Shown here piece by piece: positions 10,294-20,673 of a stretch of 64,000 nucleotides of DNA. The DNA lies in the IMG/VR virus record IMGVR_UViG_3300033062_002592, positions 42,320 through 106,319 of that record; one strand, given 5' to 3'. Below the pieces are notes generated by a model, which was given only the letters and a program-made list of their open reading frames with translations, did no database searches and was not told the origin of the DNA. The position numbers and the translations under genes are program-made. Numbering within the stretch: position 1 is the stretch's first letter; each line of letters starts with the position of its first letter. The DNA comes from a virus. Lineage: Duplodnaviria > Caudoviricetes.

Positions 10294-11278
10294 TGCCCCA
10301 CCTTTAGTTTTTTTCAAAATAAATCAAATTGATTATTCGCAATTAAATTCAAAAAAGGTCTCTATAGTCTTAGTAACTTTCAGAAAAACCCCCAAATATG
10401 AAATGCTCTATGAATCACTGTCACACCAAACAATCAAAAATTTTGAAGTTGTGTTAATAGAGGAACAATATGAATTGCATAAAGAACTTGTAAAAAATCT
10501 TTCTAAAAAATTCAATATTTCAACAACCCATGTTTATTGTGAGTCAACGGTACCCGAAAATGCAAAGGCTTTGAACGAAGGAATTGTCCACAGCACAGGC
10601 GATTATATTATGAATATCAACGACTGTATGTATTTTCCTTATAGGTGGCTTGAAAAACATTTGCTTGTTGCTTCAAAGGATTTTCTAAGTTTGGGCGCTC
10701 GCTATTTTACATATTCAACAAATTTTCCAATCGAAAAATATTTATCGGGAATAATTGAAATTCCCAAAGAACAAGATAAAAACATTTCAAAGTTTTTAGA
10801 AGAAAAAAGTGGAATAAAAGATTATTTGAACATCCATTTCGGTGAACATATAGTATCAAGTCCTCAAGATTATAGGCTTTTGGGGCTTCCAACAGATATA
10901 TTCAAAGAAGATAATCTTATTTTAGAAGCATTGCCAGGATGGAATTATGGTGGAAACTCGATGGCTCCTACAGAAATGTTTCTTGAAATAAATGGGTTTG
11001 ATGAAAGATTTGATAATGGTTATGGTTGGACAGATTGCGAAATTGGCATTAGAATGTATAATAAAGGACATAAAGCATTTATTAATCTATCAAATTGGTC
11101 TCTTGAAATTCAAGATAAAGACCATGTTGATGTTATAGAATTAAAAGCAGATTTAAAGGATAAAAACAAATCTGATAATAACTGGAAACTTTATGAGGAA
11201 GCTTGTGATAAAAAATTAACTTTTGTTAATCCAAACAAAAATTTGAGGGAAATAAAAGAAAAAAATAAGGGAAAGTAA
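10286..11278 (+). CDS. GT-A glycosyltransferase (GT2 family)
   Basis: VSIVLVT, QTIKNFEVVLI, ALNEGI, NGFDERFDNGYGWTDCEIG. Confidence 0.8.
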   Translation: MINAPPLVFFKINQIDYSQLNSKKVSIVLVTFRKTPKYEMLYESLSHQTIKNFEVVLIEEQYELHKELVKNLSKKFNISTTHVYCESTVPENAKALNEGIVHSTGDYIMNINDCMYFPYRWLEKHLLVASKDFLSLGARYFTYSTNFPIEKYLSGIIEIPKEQDKNISKFLEEKSGIKDYLNIHFGEHIVSSPQDYRLLGLPTDIFKEDNLILEALPGWNYGGNSMAPTEMFLEINGFDERFDNGYGWTDCEIGIRMYNKGHKAFINLSNWSLEIQDKDHVDVIELKADLKDKNKSDNNWKLYEEACDKKLTFVNPNKNLREIKEKNKGK

Positions 11279-11280
11279 AA

Positions 11281-12333
11281 ATGTCTTCCTTAGAAATTTA
11301 TAAAAATAAAAAGGTGCTTATAACCGGCAACACTGGGTTTAAGGGTTCGTGGCTATCTTTATGGCTGCAGTCTCTTGGAGCAAATGTGTATGGATATTCT
11401 CTTCCTCCTCCAACAGAACCCAATATGTTTAATATTTTAAATTTAAGCACAAAAATTGATACACATTTTGATGATATAAAAGATTTTGCTTCCTTGCTTT
11501 ATTTTTTCAAGATAATTGACCCAGAAATTGTTATTCATCTTGCCGCGCAACCAATTGTTAAAGAATCTTATATGAATCCTAAATTAACATTTGAGACAAA
11601 TGTTATGGGAACAATTAACGTTCTTGAATCAATTAAAAGAACAGACGGTATTAAGGCTGCAATCATAATAACAACAGACAAAGTTTATGAAGATAAATAT
11701 CCTTATATTTATAAAGAAACAGACAAATTGGGAGCAAATGATCCATATAGTTCAAGTAAAGCTTGTGCTGAAATCGTTACAGATTCTTATAGGCGTGCAT
11801 TTTTTAAATCAAAAAATATACAAGTAGCCACTGCACGAGCTGGAAACATTCTTGGGGGAGGAGATTGGGCGGTAAGAATAATTCCAGAAACAATTAAAAA
11901 ATTGCAAAGAGGAGAAAAGGCAACAACATATATGCCAGAAGCTGTTAGACCATGGCAGTTTATTATGGATCCCCTTTATGGATATTTATTACTTGGATCA
12001 AAATTGTTAGAAGGCCCAAAATATTCGGATGCATGGAATTTTGGTCCTCCAGAAACAAATTATCTTACGGTTGAAGAGTTGATTAAAAAAATTATTCGTT
12101 ATTGGGGTTCTGGAGACTACATTACAATTGATTCAGATAAAACAATGCCAGAGTCCGAGCTTTTAAAGCTGGATTGTGAAAAATCTAAAAAATTGCTAGG
12201 TTGGAAAGGAAAATATTCCATAGATGAGACTTTAGAAAAAACTGTTTTATGGTATAAGAATTATTATTCAGGAAAAACAAATATGTATAAATACACATTA
12301 AGTCAAATAAAGGAGTACGATTCAATAAGATGA
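11281..12333 (+). CDS. rfbG: CDP-glucose 4,6-dehydratase
   Basis: KKVLITGNTGFKGSWLSLWL, HLAAQP, TTDKVY, DPYSSSKAC, ARAGNILGGGDW, RPWQ, AWNFGP. Confidence 0.93.
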   Translation: MSSLEIYKNKKVLITGNTGFKGSWLSLWLQSLGANVYGYSLPPPTEPNMFNILNLSTKIDTHFDDIKDFASLLYFFKIIDPEIVIHLAAQPIVKESYMNPKLTFETNVMGTINVLESIKRTDGIKAAIIITTDKVYEDKYPYIYKETDKLGANDPYSSSKACAEIVTDSYRRAFFKSKNIQVATARAGNILGGGDWAVRIIPETIKKLQRGEKATTYMPEAVRPWQFIMDPLYGYLLLGSKLLEGPKYSDAWNFGPPETNYLTVEELIKKIIRYWGSGDYITIDSDKTMPESELLKLDCEKSKKLLGWKGKYSIDETLEKTVLWYKNYYSGKTNMYKYTLSQIKEYDSIR

Positions 12334-12902
12334 GTGATGAATCAGATTCACTCTTTACATATAATCAAAATAATATTGAAATAAATGCAATTGAATATAT
12401 AGAGCATTATACAAGCGATTATAAAAAAGAAGGAAAAATTCTTTATGATACAATTTTAGAACTTAATGCTAAAATCATTGTAGATTTAGGGATTCGCGGT
12501 GGTTGTTCAACAAGAGTATGCCTCTTAGGAGCTAAAGAAACAAATGGAGAAGTTTATAGCTGCGATATAATTTTCCCAGAAAAATCACTTAAAGATTTTA
12601 TAGAAAAGTATGGGTTAAAAAAATATTGGCATCTTCATATTGGTGATGATATAGAGTTTGCATCACAAATAGATAAAAAAATAGATATTCTGCTTTTAGA
12701 TTCGAATCATGAAACTCAGCATGTTATAGCACAATTAGTTTGTTATCCTGAAAAGGTTTCTCCATTAGGTAGAATATTTATACATGATTCAAAGTATCAA
12801 AGTGTAGAAGATGCCATTAACGCTTTTATGTTAAATAATAACAAATGGATTAAAATAGAGCATGACACAACTCTTGGTTATGCTGAGTTTAGGAGAATAT
12901 AA
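12330..12902 (+). CDS. class I SAM methyltransferase (Methyltransf_24-like)
   Basis: IVDLGIRGGCST, IDILLLDSNH, GRIFIHD; paralog of 7048. Confidence 0.8.
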   Translation: MSDESDSLFTYNQNNIEINAIEYIEHYTSDYKKEGKILYDTILELNAKIIVDLGIRGGCSTRVCLLGAKETNGEVYSCDIIFPEKSLKDFIEKYGLKKYWHLHIGDDIEFASQIDKKIDILLLDSNHETQHVIAQLVCYPEKVSPLGRIFIHDSKYQSVEDAINAFMLNNNKWIKIEHDTTLGYAEFRRI

Positions 12903-12906
12903 CTAA

Positions 12907-14043
12907 ATGAAAGTTGGAATGGTCAGTCCTTTTCGGGTTCAATGCGGCAACGCTCAGCACACAGAAAATCTTGTCATAGAACTTGTAAAACAAGTTGATT
13001 CTTTTAAAATATTCGCAGAAAATGTTATTCCTCCTGAAACAGAAATTGGGCCAATAAATAAAAATATTCATATCGATTACGAAAGATGTTGGCAGCGTGG
13101 TCAAGGATTCGAAATTTTAGAAAGAAAAATCAAGGAATATTCACCAAATGTAATACATATACAATTTGTTGGTGGCTTATTCAATGAATTATCTTATGAT
13201 CCAAATAGCGCATTTCAAAAAATTATTGAAAATTTGAGAAATGTTGGAATAAAAATTATTTTATACATGCATGATGTACCAGAATACTTCCCAGATGAAA
13301 AACAAATATATAATTGGTATAAAAATTTGCAAGCAATATTTTTTGTTGCAAATCCATCAACTAAAAATGGAATTAAAAAATGGTTTCCAGAAGCTCAAGT
13401 ATATATTATCCCTCTAGGAACTCCAAATGTAACTATTACCGACAAACTTTTAGCAAGACAAAAACTGGGTTTAAACGAAAAAGATTTTATATTGATGCAA
13501 CCTGGATTTTATGGTAAAAACAAAGGCATGAAAGAAATCATTGATAATATTCAGCATATTCATATACCGAATTTTAAAATGGTTTTTGCGGGAACAATGC
13601 ATCCTTTTTCAATGGATTTAGATAAGGTTTATATGAAAGAATGTATTAAATCTGCACTTAAAGTTAAAGATAGAGTAATTTTCGTAAATAAATTTTTAAC
13701 AAAAGATGAAATAGATTTGTATTGTTCCGCTGCAGATTTCTTTATTTCCAACCAATCAATGATATTTGGCTATGCTGGTACAGCAAGCGTTCATGGCTTA
13801 TTGCCATTTGGTAAACCCCTAATATTGAGTACAAGCCCCAAATTATCTGCCTTTACAGATAATGTAGATTGTAAAAAATTTGCTCCAAATCATCTTGTAG
13901 AAACTATAATGGATCTTTATACAAAAACTGAAATTCAAAAACAACTTTCAAATGGTGCTCTTGAATTGGCTGAAAAAACAAGCTGTAAAAATGTTTCAAA
14001 ACAATGTGTAGAAATCTATAATAAGGTGTGCAAAATAAAATGA
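12907..14043 (+). CDS. GT4-like glycosyltransferase
   Basis: CGNAQHT, IHIQF, IIPLG, GFYGKNKG; paralog of 15760 and 16890. Confidence 0.8.
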   Translation: MKVGMVSPFRVQCGNAQHTENLVIELVKQVDSFKIFAENVIPPETEIGPINKNIHIDYERCWQRGQGFEILERKIKEYSPNVIHIQFVGGLFNELSYDPNSAFQKIIENLRNVGIKIILYMHDVPEYFPDEKQIYNWYKNLQAIFFVANPSTKNGIKKWFPEAQVYIIPLGTPNVTITDKLLARQKLGLNEKDFILMQPGFYGKNKGMKEIIDNIQHIHIPNFKMVFAGTMHPFSMDLDKVYMKECIKSALKVKDRVIFVNKFLTKDEIDLYCSAADFFISNQSMIFGYAGTASVHGLLPFGKPLILSTSPKLSAFTDNVDCKKFAPNHLVETIMDLYTKTEIQKQLSNGALELAEKTSCKNVSKQCVEIYNKVCKIK

Positions 14044-14849
14044 CAGAAGAAAAACTTTTAAACATAATCATAGTAAATCATAATAATTGGAGATATTTGG
14101 CAGGTTGTTTAGCCTCAATTTTTCAAAATACAATTTCAAAAACTGAATATGAAATAATAGTTGTTGATAATGCTTCTACAGACATATCCTTAAAGCTTTT
14201 GGAATATTTACATGAACAAGGAGAGCCAGTTAAAATCATTAAAAATACAGAAAATTTGAATTATGTACTAGGTAATAATATTGGATTGAAAAATACAAAT
14301 TCAAAATACATACTATTTTTAAATAATGATACAATTTTAGATAAAAATTGTCTTAAAGAAATGTTGAATGTATTTACATTAGAACCAAAGGCTGGAATGG
14401 TTGGAGCAATACAATATTCTCCTTCTGGAACTTTAGCGTGCCCACCTCTTGGTAAATTTAATAGGAATCCTGAAGATTGGAGTTCTGTTGGATTTGACCC
14501 ATGTGACAATCCGGAAAAGCTTCCTAAACCATTTGTAGAAGTTGATAATACAAATACCGCGTGCGCAATGATTTCTAAAGAGGTTTTAAACAAAATAGGA
14601 TATATGGATGAAGAATTTTGTCCATGTATGTATGAAGCTGAAGATTATATTATGCGAATAAAAGTTGCAGGATTTAAAATTTTGGTATGTACAACAGCAA
14701 AATTGGTTCATTATGTTGCTGCAACCACAAATATTACGCAAGATACGCAACGATATTATACCTATGTAGTATTGCCAAAAAACCGAAAAGTTTTTATTAA
14801 GAAATGGGGAAAATATTTTGAGGAAGAAAAAAAATGTCAAAAATACTAA
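14040..14849 (+). CDS. GT2 glycosyltransferase
   Basis: IIIVNHN, EIIVVDNASTD, GNNIG, LFLNNDT, MDEEF..EAEDY. Confidence 0.9.
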   Translation: MTEEKLLNIIIVNHNNWRYLAGCLASIFQNTISKTEYEIIVVDNASTDISLKLLEYLHEQGEPVKIIKNTENLNYVLGNNIGLKNTNSKYILFLNNDTILDKNCLKEMLNVFTLEPKAGMVGAIQYSPSGTLACPPLGKFNRNPEDWSSVGFDPCDNPEKLPKPFVEVDNTNTACAMISKEVLNKIGYMDEEFCPCMYEAEDYIMRIKVAGFKILVCTTAKLVHYVAATTNITQDTQRYYTYVVLPKNRKVFIKKWGKYFEEEKKCQKY

Positions 14850-15358
14850 ATCCTTTTGAAAACGTAGAAGCTCATTACAATACAAAACTTATTGGTGCAT
14901 CATATGAAAATAAAATCATCTTGGACTTGGGTGCATCCAATGGAGACTCCGCAGAATATTTTCTAAATAATGGAGCAAAGTTTGTTATAGCAGTTGAAGG
15001 AAATTTCAATTTTCAAGGAAGAAATGTTTTTGCAGAATTGCTAGAAAACAGTAAATTATTTAATGGAAAAATAATTCCAATTTTTATGTGGATAGATAAT
15101 CCCAAACAAATAGAAAATTTAATTATTGCATATAAACCAGATATTGTGAAAAGCGATATTGAAGGAGCTGAAATACACCTGTTTAATATTCGAGATGAAG
15201 TTTGGCAGTTAGTACCAGAATATATTGTTGAAACTCATGAAGGTTATTTACATGACGATTCAAATAAAATTATGTATTTAAAGTGTGAAAAAAATAAATA
15301 TAAAATTATGACTGATACGTGTATTGTTGCCCATGTTATATATACAAAAAGGGAGTGA
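14834..15358 (+). CDS. class I SAM methyltransferase (FkbM-like)
   Basis: ILDLGASNG, DIVKSDIEGAE, VETH; paralog of 5548. Confidence 0.75.
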   Translation: MSKILNPFENVEAHYNTKLIGASYENKIILDLGASNGDSAEYFLNNGAKFVIAVEGNFNFQGRNVFAELLENSKLFNGKIIPIFMWIDNPKQIENLIIAYKPDIVKSDIEGAEIHLFNIRDEVWQLVPEYIVETHEGYLHDDSNKIMYLKCEKNKYKIMTDTCIVAHVIYTKRE

Positions 15359-15364
15359 TAAAAA

Positions 15365-15760
15365 ATGAAAGAAAATCCAAATGTAGAATGGATTAAAAGA
15401 AGAAAAGAACTTTTGGAAAATATCAAAGGATTTGGAATCAAAGGAGACAGAATTCAAATAACAACACAGTTAAGCTACATACATAGTTCAATGTATGAAT
15501 CTATGGTTGGCTGGCAAAATTGGATCAATGGATGGATTTCTATTGAACTTAATAAAAAAATTAATGTTGCAGATTCAAATGTGCTAATTCTTTCCGACAT
15601 AGAACTAAAAGATTTACATGAAAAATTCAAAGATTTTGCTACGAAATTCATAGAACTTGACATAAAATTCACAGAAATTGTAACCAAAAAAATGAATAAG
15701 AAAAAACTCAAAGAGTTTCAACAAGGCCTCGATGATAATATGAAAAGGATGATTGTTTAA
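15365..15760 (+). CDS. DUF2153-like archaeal helical protein
   Basis: W-x-K..LLE, DR, GW..W, FIELDIKFT pattern recalled from the DUF2153 family of Thermoproteota. Confidence 0.55.
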   Translation: MKENPNVEWIKRRKELLENIKGFGIKGDRIQITTQLSYIHSSMYESMVGWQNWINGWISIELNKKINVADSNVLILSDIELKDLHEKFKDFATKFIELDIKFTEIVTKKMNKKKLKEFQQGLDDNMKRMIV

Positions 15761-16899
15761 TGAAAATAGCAATGGTAACCACATGGCGCACAGCCTGTGG
15801 AGTTGCAAAATATACTGAAGAATTATGCAACGAGCTTTCCAAACTTTGTGAATTGAGGATTTTTGCAGAACATACCCAAAAAGAGCTTGAGCCAATAAAC
15901 AAAGATGCAAACATTTTTTATAAACGATGCTATATTAGAGGAGGCTCTTATCAAGAAGAACTCGAAGAAATATTGGATTATAAGCCAGACCTAGTTCATG
16001 TACAATTCGAATCATCTATGTATAGTGAATCTTATAACCCAAACAGTCTTCATCTTAAATTTTTGGATACATTACATATAAATGGTATAAGAACCTGTAT
16101 GACCTTTCACAATGTATTACCATTTCCAAATTTCGTAAACAATGAGGTGCAGCAAATTGCATTATGGTACAGTAGCTTGAACAACAAAGTTATTGTTGGC
16201 AACGAAACCACTAAAAACGAATTTTTGAAATGGAATAAAAATATAGATATATCTGTAATACCTCTAGGTTCAACAATTTTTGATTCTATTACAAAAGAAG
16301 AAGCTCTTAAAAAACTGGGTCTTTCCAATAAAATTTACATAATACAGCCAGGATTCTATGGAGCCGACAAAGGAATGGTTCAACTTGTTAAATTGATGCC
16401 TGAATTGCTTCAGAAATTCCCAAATATTCATCTAGTTTTTGCTGGTGGACTTCATCCATTGGCTCCAGATGCTTGGAAAATTCACACAAAAGAATGTCTC
16501 AAAGAAATCATCAAATTAAACCTAATCAAATATGTATATCCTTTAGGAAAGTTTCTTTCAGAAGATGAATTAAATGTTTGGCTAGGGTTATCTGACATAG
16601 TGATGCTAAATTACCACTGGGTTTCCGGTTTATATAGCGCATCAGCATCCGGCCATCGAGTCCTATGCACTAACAGACCCATAATCATGAATTCTCAAGA
16701 TGTGCGCCTTTCAGAGTTTCAGGATGGCATTCAATGCTGCAAAGCTGATGATGCCCATATGGTAGAAGCCATTTCGAAATGCTTATCTGATAAACTTTAT
16801 GCTGATAAAATAGCTAAAGGCGCTATTGACTATGCCCACGAAACATCATTTGAATCTATAGCAAAAAAACATATGGAGATTTATGAAAAATGCAATTAG
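15760..16899 (+). CDS. GT4-like glycosyltransferase
   Basis: CGVAKYT, VHVQF, VIPLG, GFYGADKG, SASASG. Confidence 0.82.
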   Translation: MKIAMVTTWRTACGVAKYTEELCNELSKLCELRIFAEHTQKELEPINKDANIFYKRCYIRGGSYQEELEEILDYKPDLVHVQFESSMYSESYNPNSLHLKFLDTLHINGIRTCMTFHNVLPFPNFVNNEVQQIALWYSSLNNKVIVGNETTKNEFLKWNKNIDISVIPLGSTIFDSITKEEALKKLGLSNKIYIIQPGFYGADKGMVQLVKLMPELLQKFPNIHLVFAGGLHPLAPDAWKIHTKECLKEIIKLNLIKYVYPLGKFLSEDELNVWLGLSDIVMLNYHWVSGLYSASASGHRVLCTNRPIIMNSQDVRLSEFQDGIQCCKADDAHMVEAISKCLSDKLYADKIAKGAIDYAHETSFESIAKKHMEIYEKCN

Positions 16900-17981
16900 G
16901 ATTAGTTTCAACCTTCGGAGTTAAATGTGGCCTTTCAACCTATAGTACGTATCTCGGCAACGCTCTGCAAAATTCAAAAATTTCTGTCACAGGATTATCA
17001 GAATTTCCTTTTCCAGATGAAAAAGCTATTACTCCGGATTTTCAACCCAAATTTCCATTCTTCAATTGTTGGAAAAGAACAGAGTTCTATGATAGATTAA
17101 TCAAAGAAAGTCATAACTATGATATAATTCATATTCAACATCAGTTTGGATTGTTCAACAATACCTATGCTTGGATACAGCTTTTGCAAAAGATTAAAAA
17201 GCCCATTCTTACAATCCATGATATAGTTCCACCAAATGAGCAGCTTTCAACCTATTTCACAGAAACATTTCACCATGCTGATAGGCTCATAGTACATACG
17301 AATACTTGCAAAAATATGCTTGAAAGTTGGAACTGTCCAAAAGATAAAATCGAATTGATTCCGCATGGCACAAAACTCATAGATGTTCCCACCAAAACTG
17401 AAGCTCGTAAGGAGCTTCAACTTCCAGAAAATGCAAAGATAATTTTATCATGGGGATTTATTTGGGAATCCAAAGGCTTGCTAGAGCTAACGAATATTCT
17501 TTCAGAAGTTAAAAAAACTTATCCAGAAGCAATTTTAATTCATGCCGGCGGCGTTCACCCTATATTGCAGAAATCGCAATATGTTGCGAACATTTTAAAA
17601 GCCGCAATAAAATCTGGGCTTGGACCAAAAGATTTAATTATAACCCAGTGGGTTCCAGAAGATAAAGTGCCAACATGGTTCGGCGCTGCAGATGTAATTG
17701 TTTTGAACTATATGAGAGGCAGTGCCTCAGCCAGCGGTGCCGCGCACAGAGCTATGGCTGGTCATCGACCAATTATAAAAACAGATGATCCATGTGTTGA
17801 AGATATTACAGGTTATACCGTTGCGCGTTTCGATATTAATGCTCTCTATAATGCGATATTGAAAGTTCTACAGGATGAAGTTTTGCAGAAAACTTTGGTT
17901 GAACAGGCAGAAAAAGCTTCCATAGAAACTTCGTGGCAAAACGTTGCTTTGAAGCACAAAAAGCTCTATGGAATGTTTTGA
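16890..17981 (+). CDS. GT4-like glycosyltransferase
   Basis: CGLSTYS, IHIQH, IPHG, WGFIWESKG, SASGA, SWQNVA; 3' end overlaps the convergent gene by 16 bp. Confidence 0.85.
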   Translation: MQLGLVSTFGVKCGLSTYSTYLGNALQNSKISVTGLSEFPFPDEKAITPDFQPKFPFFNCWKRTEFYDRLIKESHNYDIIHIQHQFGLFNNTYAWIQLLQKIKKPILTIHDIVPPNEQLSTYFTETFHHADRLIVHTNTCKNMLESWNCPKDKIELIPHGTKLIDVPTKTEARKELQLPENAKIILSWGFIWESKGLLELTNILSEVKKTYPEAILIHAGGVHPILQKSQYVANILKAAIKSGLGPKDLIITQWVPEDKVPTWFGAADVIVLNYMRGSASASGAAHRAMAGHRPIIKTDDPCVEDITGYTVARFDINALYNAILKVLQDEVLQKTLVEQAEKASIETSWQNVALKHKKLYGMF

Positions 17982-19783
17982 GGCATTCCAGGTATTCCCG
18001 GAAATAAACGTTTTCTAAGCCATTCCCAAAAGTTCCATTGATGTTGAGATGCCATAACTGGATAGTTTATTATTGGAATAACATTTCCTAATTCAACTTT
18101 ATTTGTAAAAGTACATATCGATGTATAACCTTGACTATCAAATTTATGTTCTAAATCTATAAGCGCCAAATTTGCAGGAGTAAATCCTTCTGAACCTATA
18201 TTTATTAAATACATATTTCCGACTTGTAAACCTGGACTTCCTGTTACAGTTATGGTTGTTTGAATTATTGGATCTTTTTGTCTTATAATTAACGTATCTG
18301 CAATATTTTGGCAATATAGATTACTATTATATGTATTTGAATTTTCTATCTGCGGCCTAAATCCATATAAATTTTGACTTGTAATATTACTTCCAATTGC
18401 TTGAAATTTTGTTCCAATATAAAGTCCATCAAGAAATATGTTTGCCTGTCCAACAGCACCGCCATTCCAAGACCCACTTGTAAGAAATGTAATTGAATTT
18501 ATATTAAACCAATCTGGATACCCTATTCTTTTCCAACGGTAGGATCCTGTTGTGGAGTCTTGACTTCCTATCTGACTAAACCCTTCATATTCTGGCCCAA
18601 GAAATAAAGTATATTCTAAATATCCTGCATATCCCCCACCAATTCCCCACCATTTATAATGGTCTTCTATTCTTGATTCAAAATAATTGTTTGAATCAGT
18701 TTCAAGCCTAACATAACATTTTACTGGAGTTTCTAATGCCCACAAAGTTCCGTAATATACATGCAAAAAGTCTCCATTTGTAACGAACAAAGTTTTTGGT
18801 AATGTTTTAGTTGCGGTAAATACCACATTATCTCCATTTTGAAATCCTGGATTTCCAATGTAAAAATCAATAGAATAAGATCCAGAAATTTTATTAATGT
18901 CATCATAAATACGTGTTGAGCCAGTGTCAATTCCACGTATGACATCTGTAACTCTTGAAGTCCAACTGCTTCCTGTGGTTTCACTTCCAGTTTCAGTCCA
19001 AATATCGTGGTCTTGGGGCCAATCACTACCAGTCCAACTTGGATCCCTCTGCCCAAAAGCATAAACTTGGTTTATAACATGTGATAATTCTCTATCTACC
19101 CTGTAATCTTTAATATTTGCACCAGTTGTGAAGACTTCTGCTCCAGCTACACTATCTCTTGGAAGCCAATGTAATTTTTTATTAACATCAACATAAAAAT
19201 CATAGGCTACAAAATCACTAATAGTTTTCATAATATTAAAAACTTTTTCATTTTCTACACTCGAAGGATATTCTGTAGCTGAAGCCACAATATATGCATC
19301 ATCTGTACTTAGATTTCCTTTTGTAGAGCCAGTACAAAGATTTCTTAAACTTTTTACAATATTATCAGCAGCATCATCCTCAGGAAATAAATCATCATGA
19401 TAATATCCACGACTTTGTAAGATTCTATCCATGCATTCTTTATAATCTCTACCTATAAAAGTTCTTAACCAACCATTTCTTGCAGAAAATTCGCTTCTTA
19501 TTGTTTCAATTTTTCCCGCAAATTGGTTCGTGCTACCAGTGATATCATATCCATACCAAATTTTTACATCTTCAAAAACATTAATATCTTTAAAAGCTCC
19601 GGGCACACCAAGTATAGCTGTTGTATCTGGTATTATAATTTCAAAAGATCCAATTGTGCTTGTTAAGCCCTGTTTTACACTTAATGAAGTCACATAATTT
19701 GTGGCGCCATAACCGAAAGCATATTTAAGAGTTGAGCCACTCCAAAATTCAACTCTGTAAACTGGAATTGCTGGAGCAGACAT
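17966..19783 (-). CDS. tail tip / baseplate hub-like protein
   Basis: Last gene of the tail operon; FAGKI, GRDY, YDFYVD..KKLHW, INQVYAFG, LYG, IDLEH pattern of hub/late-control-D-like proteins. Confidence 0.6.
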   Translation of the reverse strand: MSAPAIPVYRVEFWSGSTLKYAFGYGATNYVTSLSVKQGLTSTIGSFEIIIPDTTAILGVPGAFKDINVFEDVKIWYGYDITGSTNQFAGKIETIRSEFSARNGWLRTFIGRDYKECMDRILQSRGYYHDDLFPEDDAADNIVKSLRNLCTGSTKGNLSTDDAYIVASATEYPSSVENEKVFNIMKTISDFVAYDFYVDVNKKLHWLPRDSVAGAEVFTTGANIKDYRVDRELSHVINQVYAFGQRDPSWTGSDWPQDHDIWTETGSETTGSSWTSRVTDVIRGIDTGSTRIYDDINKISGSYSIDFYIGNPGFQNGDNVVFTATKTLPKTLFVTNGDFLHVYYGTLWALETPVKCYVRLETDSNNYFESRIEDHYKWWGIGGGYAGYLEYTLFLGPEYEGFSQIGSQDSTTGSYRWKRIGYPDWFNINSITFLTSGSWNGGAVGQANIFLDGLYIGTKFQAIGSNITSQNLYGFRPQIENSNTYNSNLYCQNIADTLIIRQKDPIIQTTITVTGSPGLQVGNMYLINIGSEGFTPANLALIDLEHKFDSQGYTSICTFTNKVELGNVIPIINYPVMASQHQWNFWEWLRKRLFPGIPGMPQNIP

Positions 19784-20673
19784 TATATTACCTCAATTAC
19801 ATCTAAAGTGAAACTTCTTTCCTGAGGTCTTCCACCTCGGTCTTCAAAATCGATTTTTGAAAAGAATACATTTGTTATAGGTATTATATTATATCCTCTT
19901 TCATCAATATAATTTATTGAACCAGTTGTTCCAGGCAAAGCTCTAAGCCATGCTGAACCTGAATCATTATACGTATAACCCTTAATAGCGAAAACTCTGT
20001 TTTTTGTTCCCATACTTTGTATAACATCAAAGTTAGCCATTGGAATATCGTGTACTACCGTTCTTTGAATTTTTTGTTCCGTAATTTGATTGGCAATTCC
20101 AGATTTTAAGGGTGTACCAATAATTCTAAAGTTGAAGTTTTTATATGTTGGAATATATGCCAACCAACTGCCTCCTCCATCGGTTGAATAATATCCATCT
20201 TCTTGCCATGTTGCTCCACTATAAACACCCGGACTTACTCCCATCCAATATATACAATTAGATGTGTCTCCTGTACCTAAAACTGGTCTTACAACAATAT
20301 TATATGTAATGCCCGGTCTCAATATTATATTTGGAATCACTCTAATATCATACCAGCTCCCCGTGGTGTTTGAAGTTATATCTGCCGAAGCAAACGCCCC
20401 GCTAGATATAACCAATCCTGAAGGAAAGCCAAGAGATGAATTATAGATACATGCCCATATTGAGGGTGGAACACCAACTTTAAAAAGCTTAAGTTGTATA
20501 GACCATATATTGATACTTTTTCCTAAACCAAAGTCTCCAAGAGCAAAGCTTTCAGAAAGCCAGTTTGTGCCAAAAATGCTTCCCGAAGCATTATAAGAAT
20601 CCTCATAGTATTCAATTTTCTGAGGAAAATATGGAAAGAGTTCTCTTATGTTATTATAAATTTTGATTACCAT
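19783..20673 (-). CDS. distal tail (Dit-like) protein with an N-terminal beta-sandwich insertion
   Basis: Follows the tape measure gene; C-terminal about 100 aa (VHDIP..DVIQSMG..F.IKG..LRALPGTTG..DF.D.G.RP.ER.F.L) paralogous to 59733..60293. Confidence 0.5.
   Translation of the reverse strand: MVIKIYNNIRELFPYFPQKIEYYEDSYNASGSIFGTNWLSESFALGDFGLGKSINIWSIQLKLFKVGVPPSIWACIYNSSLGFPSGLVISSGAFASADITSNTTGSWYDIRVIPNIILRPGITYNIVVRPVLGTGDTSNCIYWMGVSPGVYSGATWQEDGYYSTDGGGSWLAYIPTYKNFNFRIIGTPLKSGIANQITEQKIQRTVVHDIPMANFDVIQSMGTKNRVFAIKGYTYNDSGSAWLRALPGTTGSINYIDERGYNIIPITNVFFSKIDFEDRGGRPQERSFTLDVIEVI

Noticed and set aside
492-17981. Host chromosomal polysaccharide locus flanking a provirus
   Set aside because: No flippase or polymerase membrane proteins; interleaved with viral-type dUTPase, nrdD and Zn-finger genes; overlaps the tail gene end with no att site or compositional break. 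Not fully excluded without the rest of the contig.
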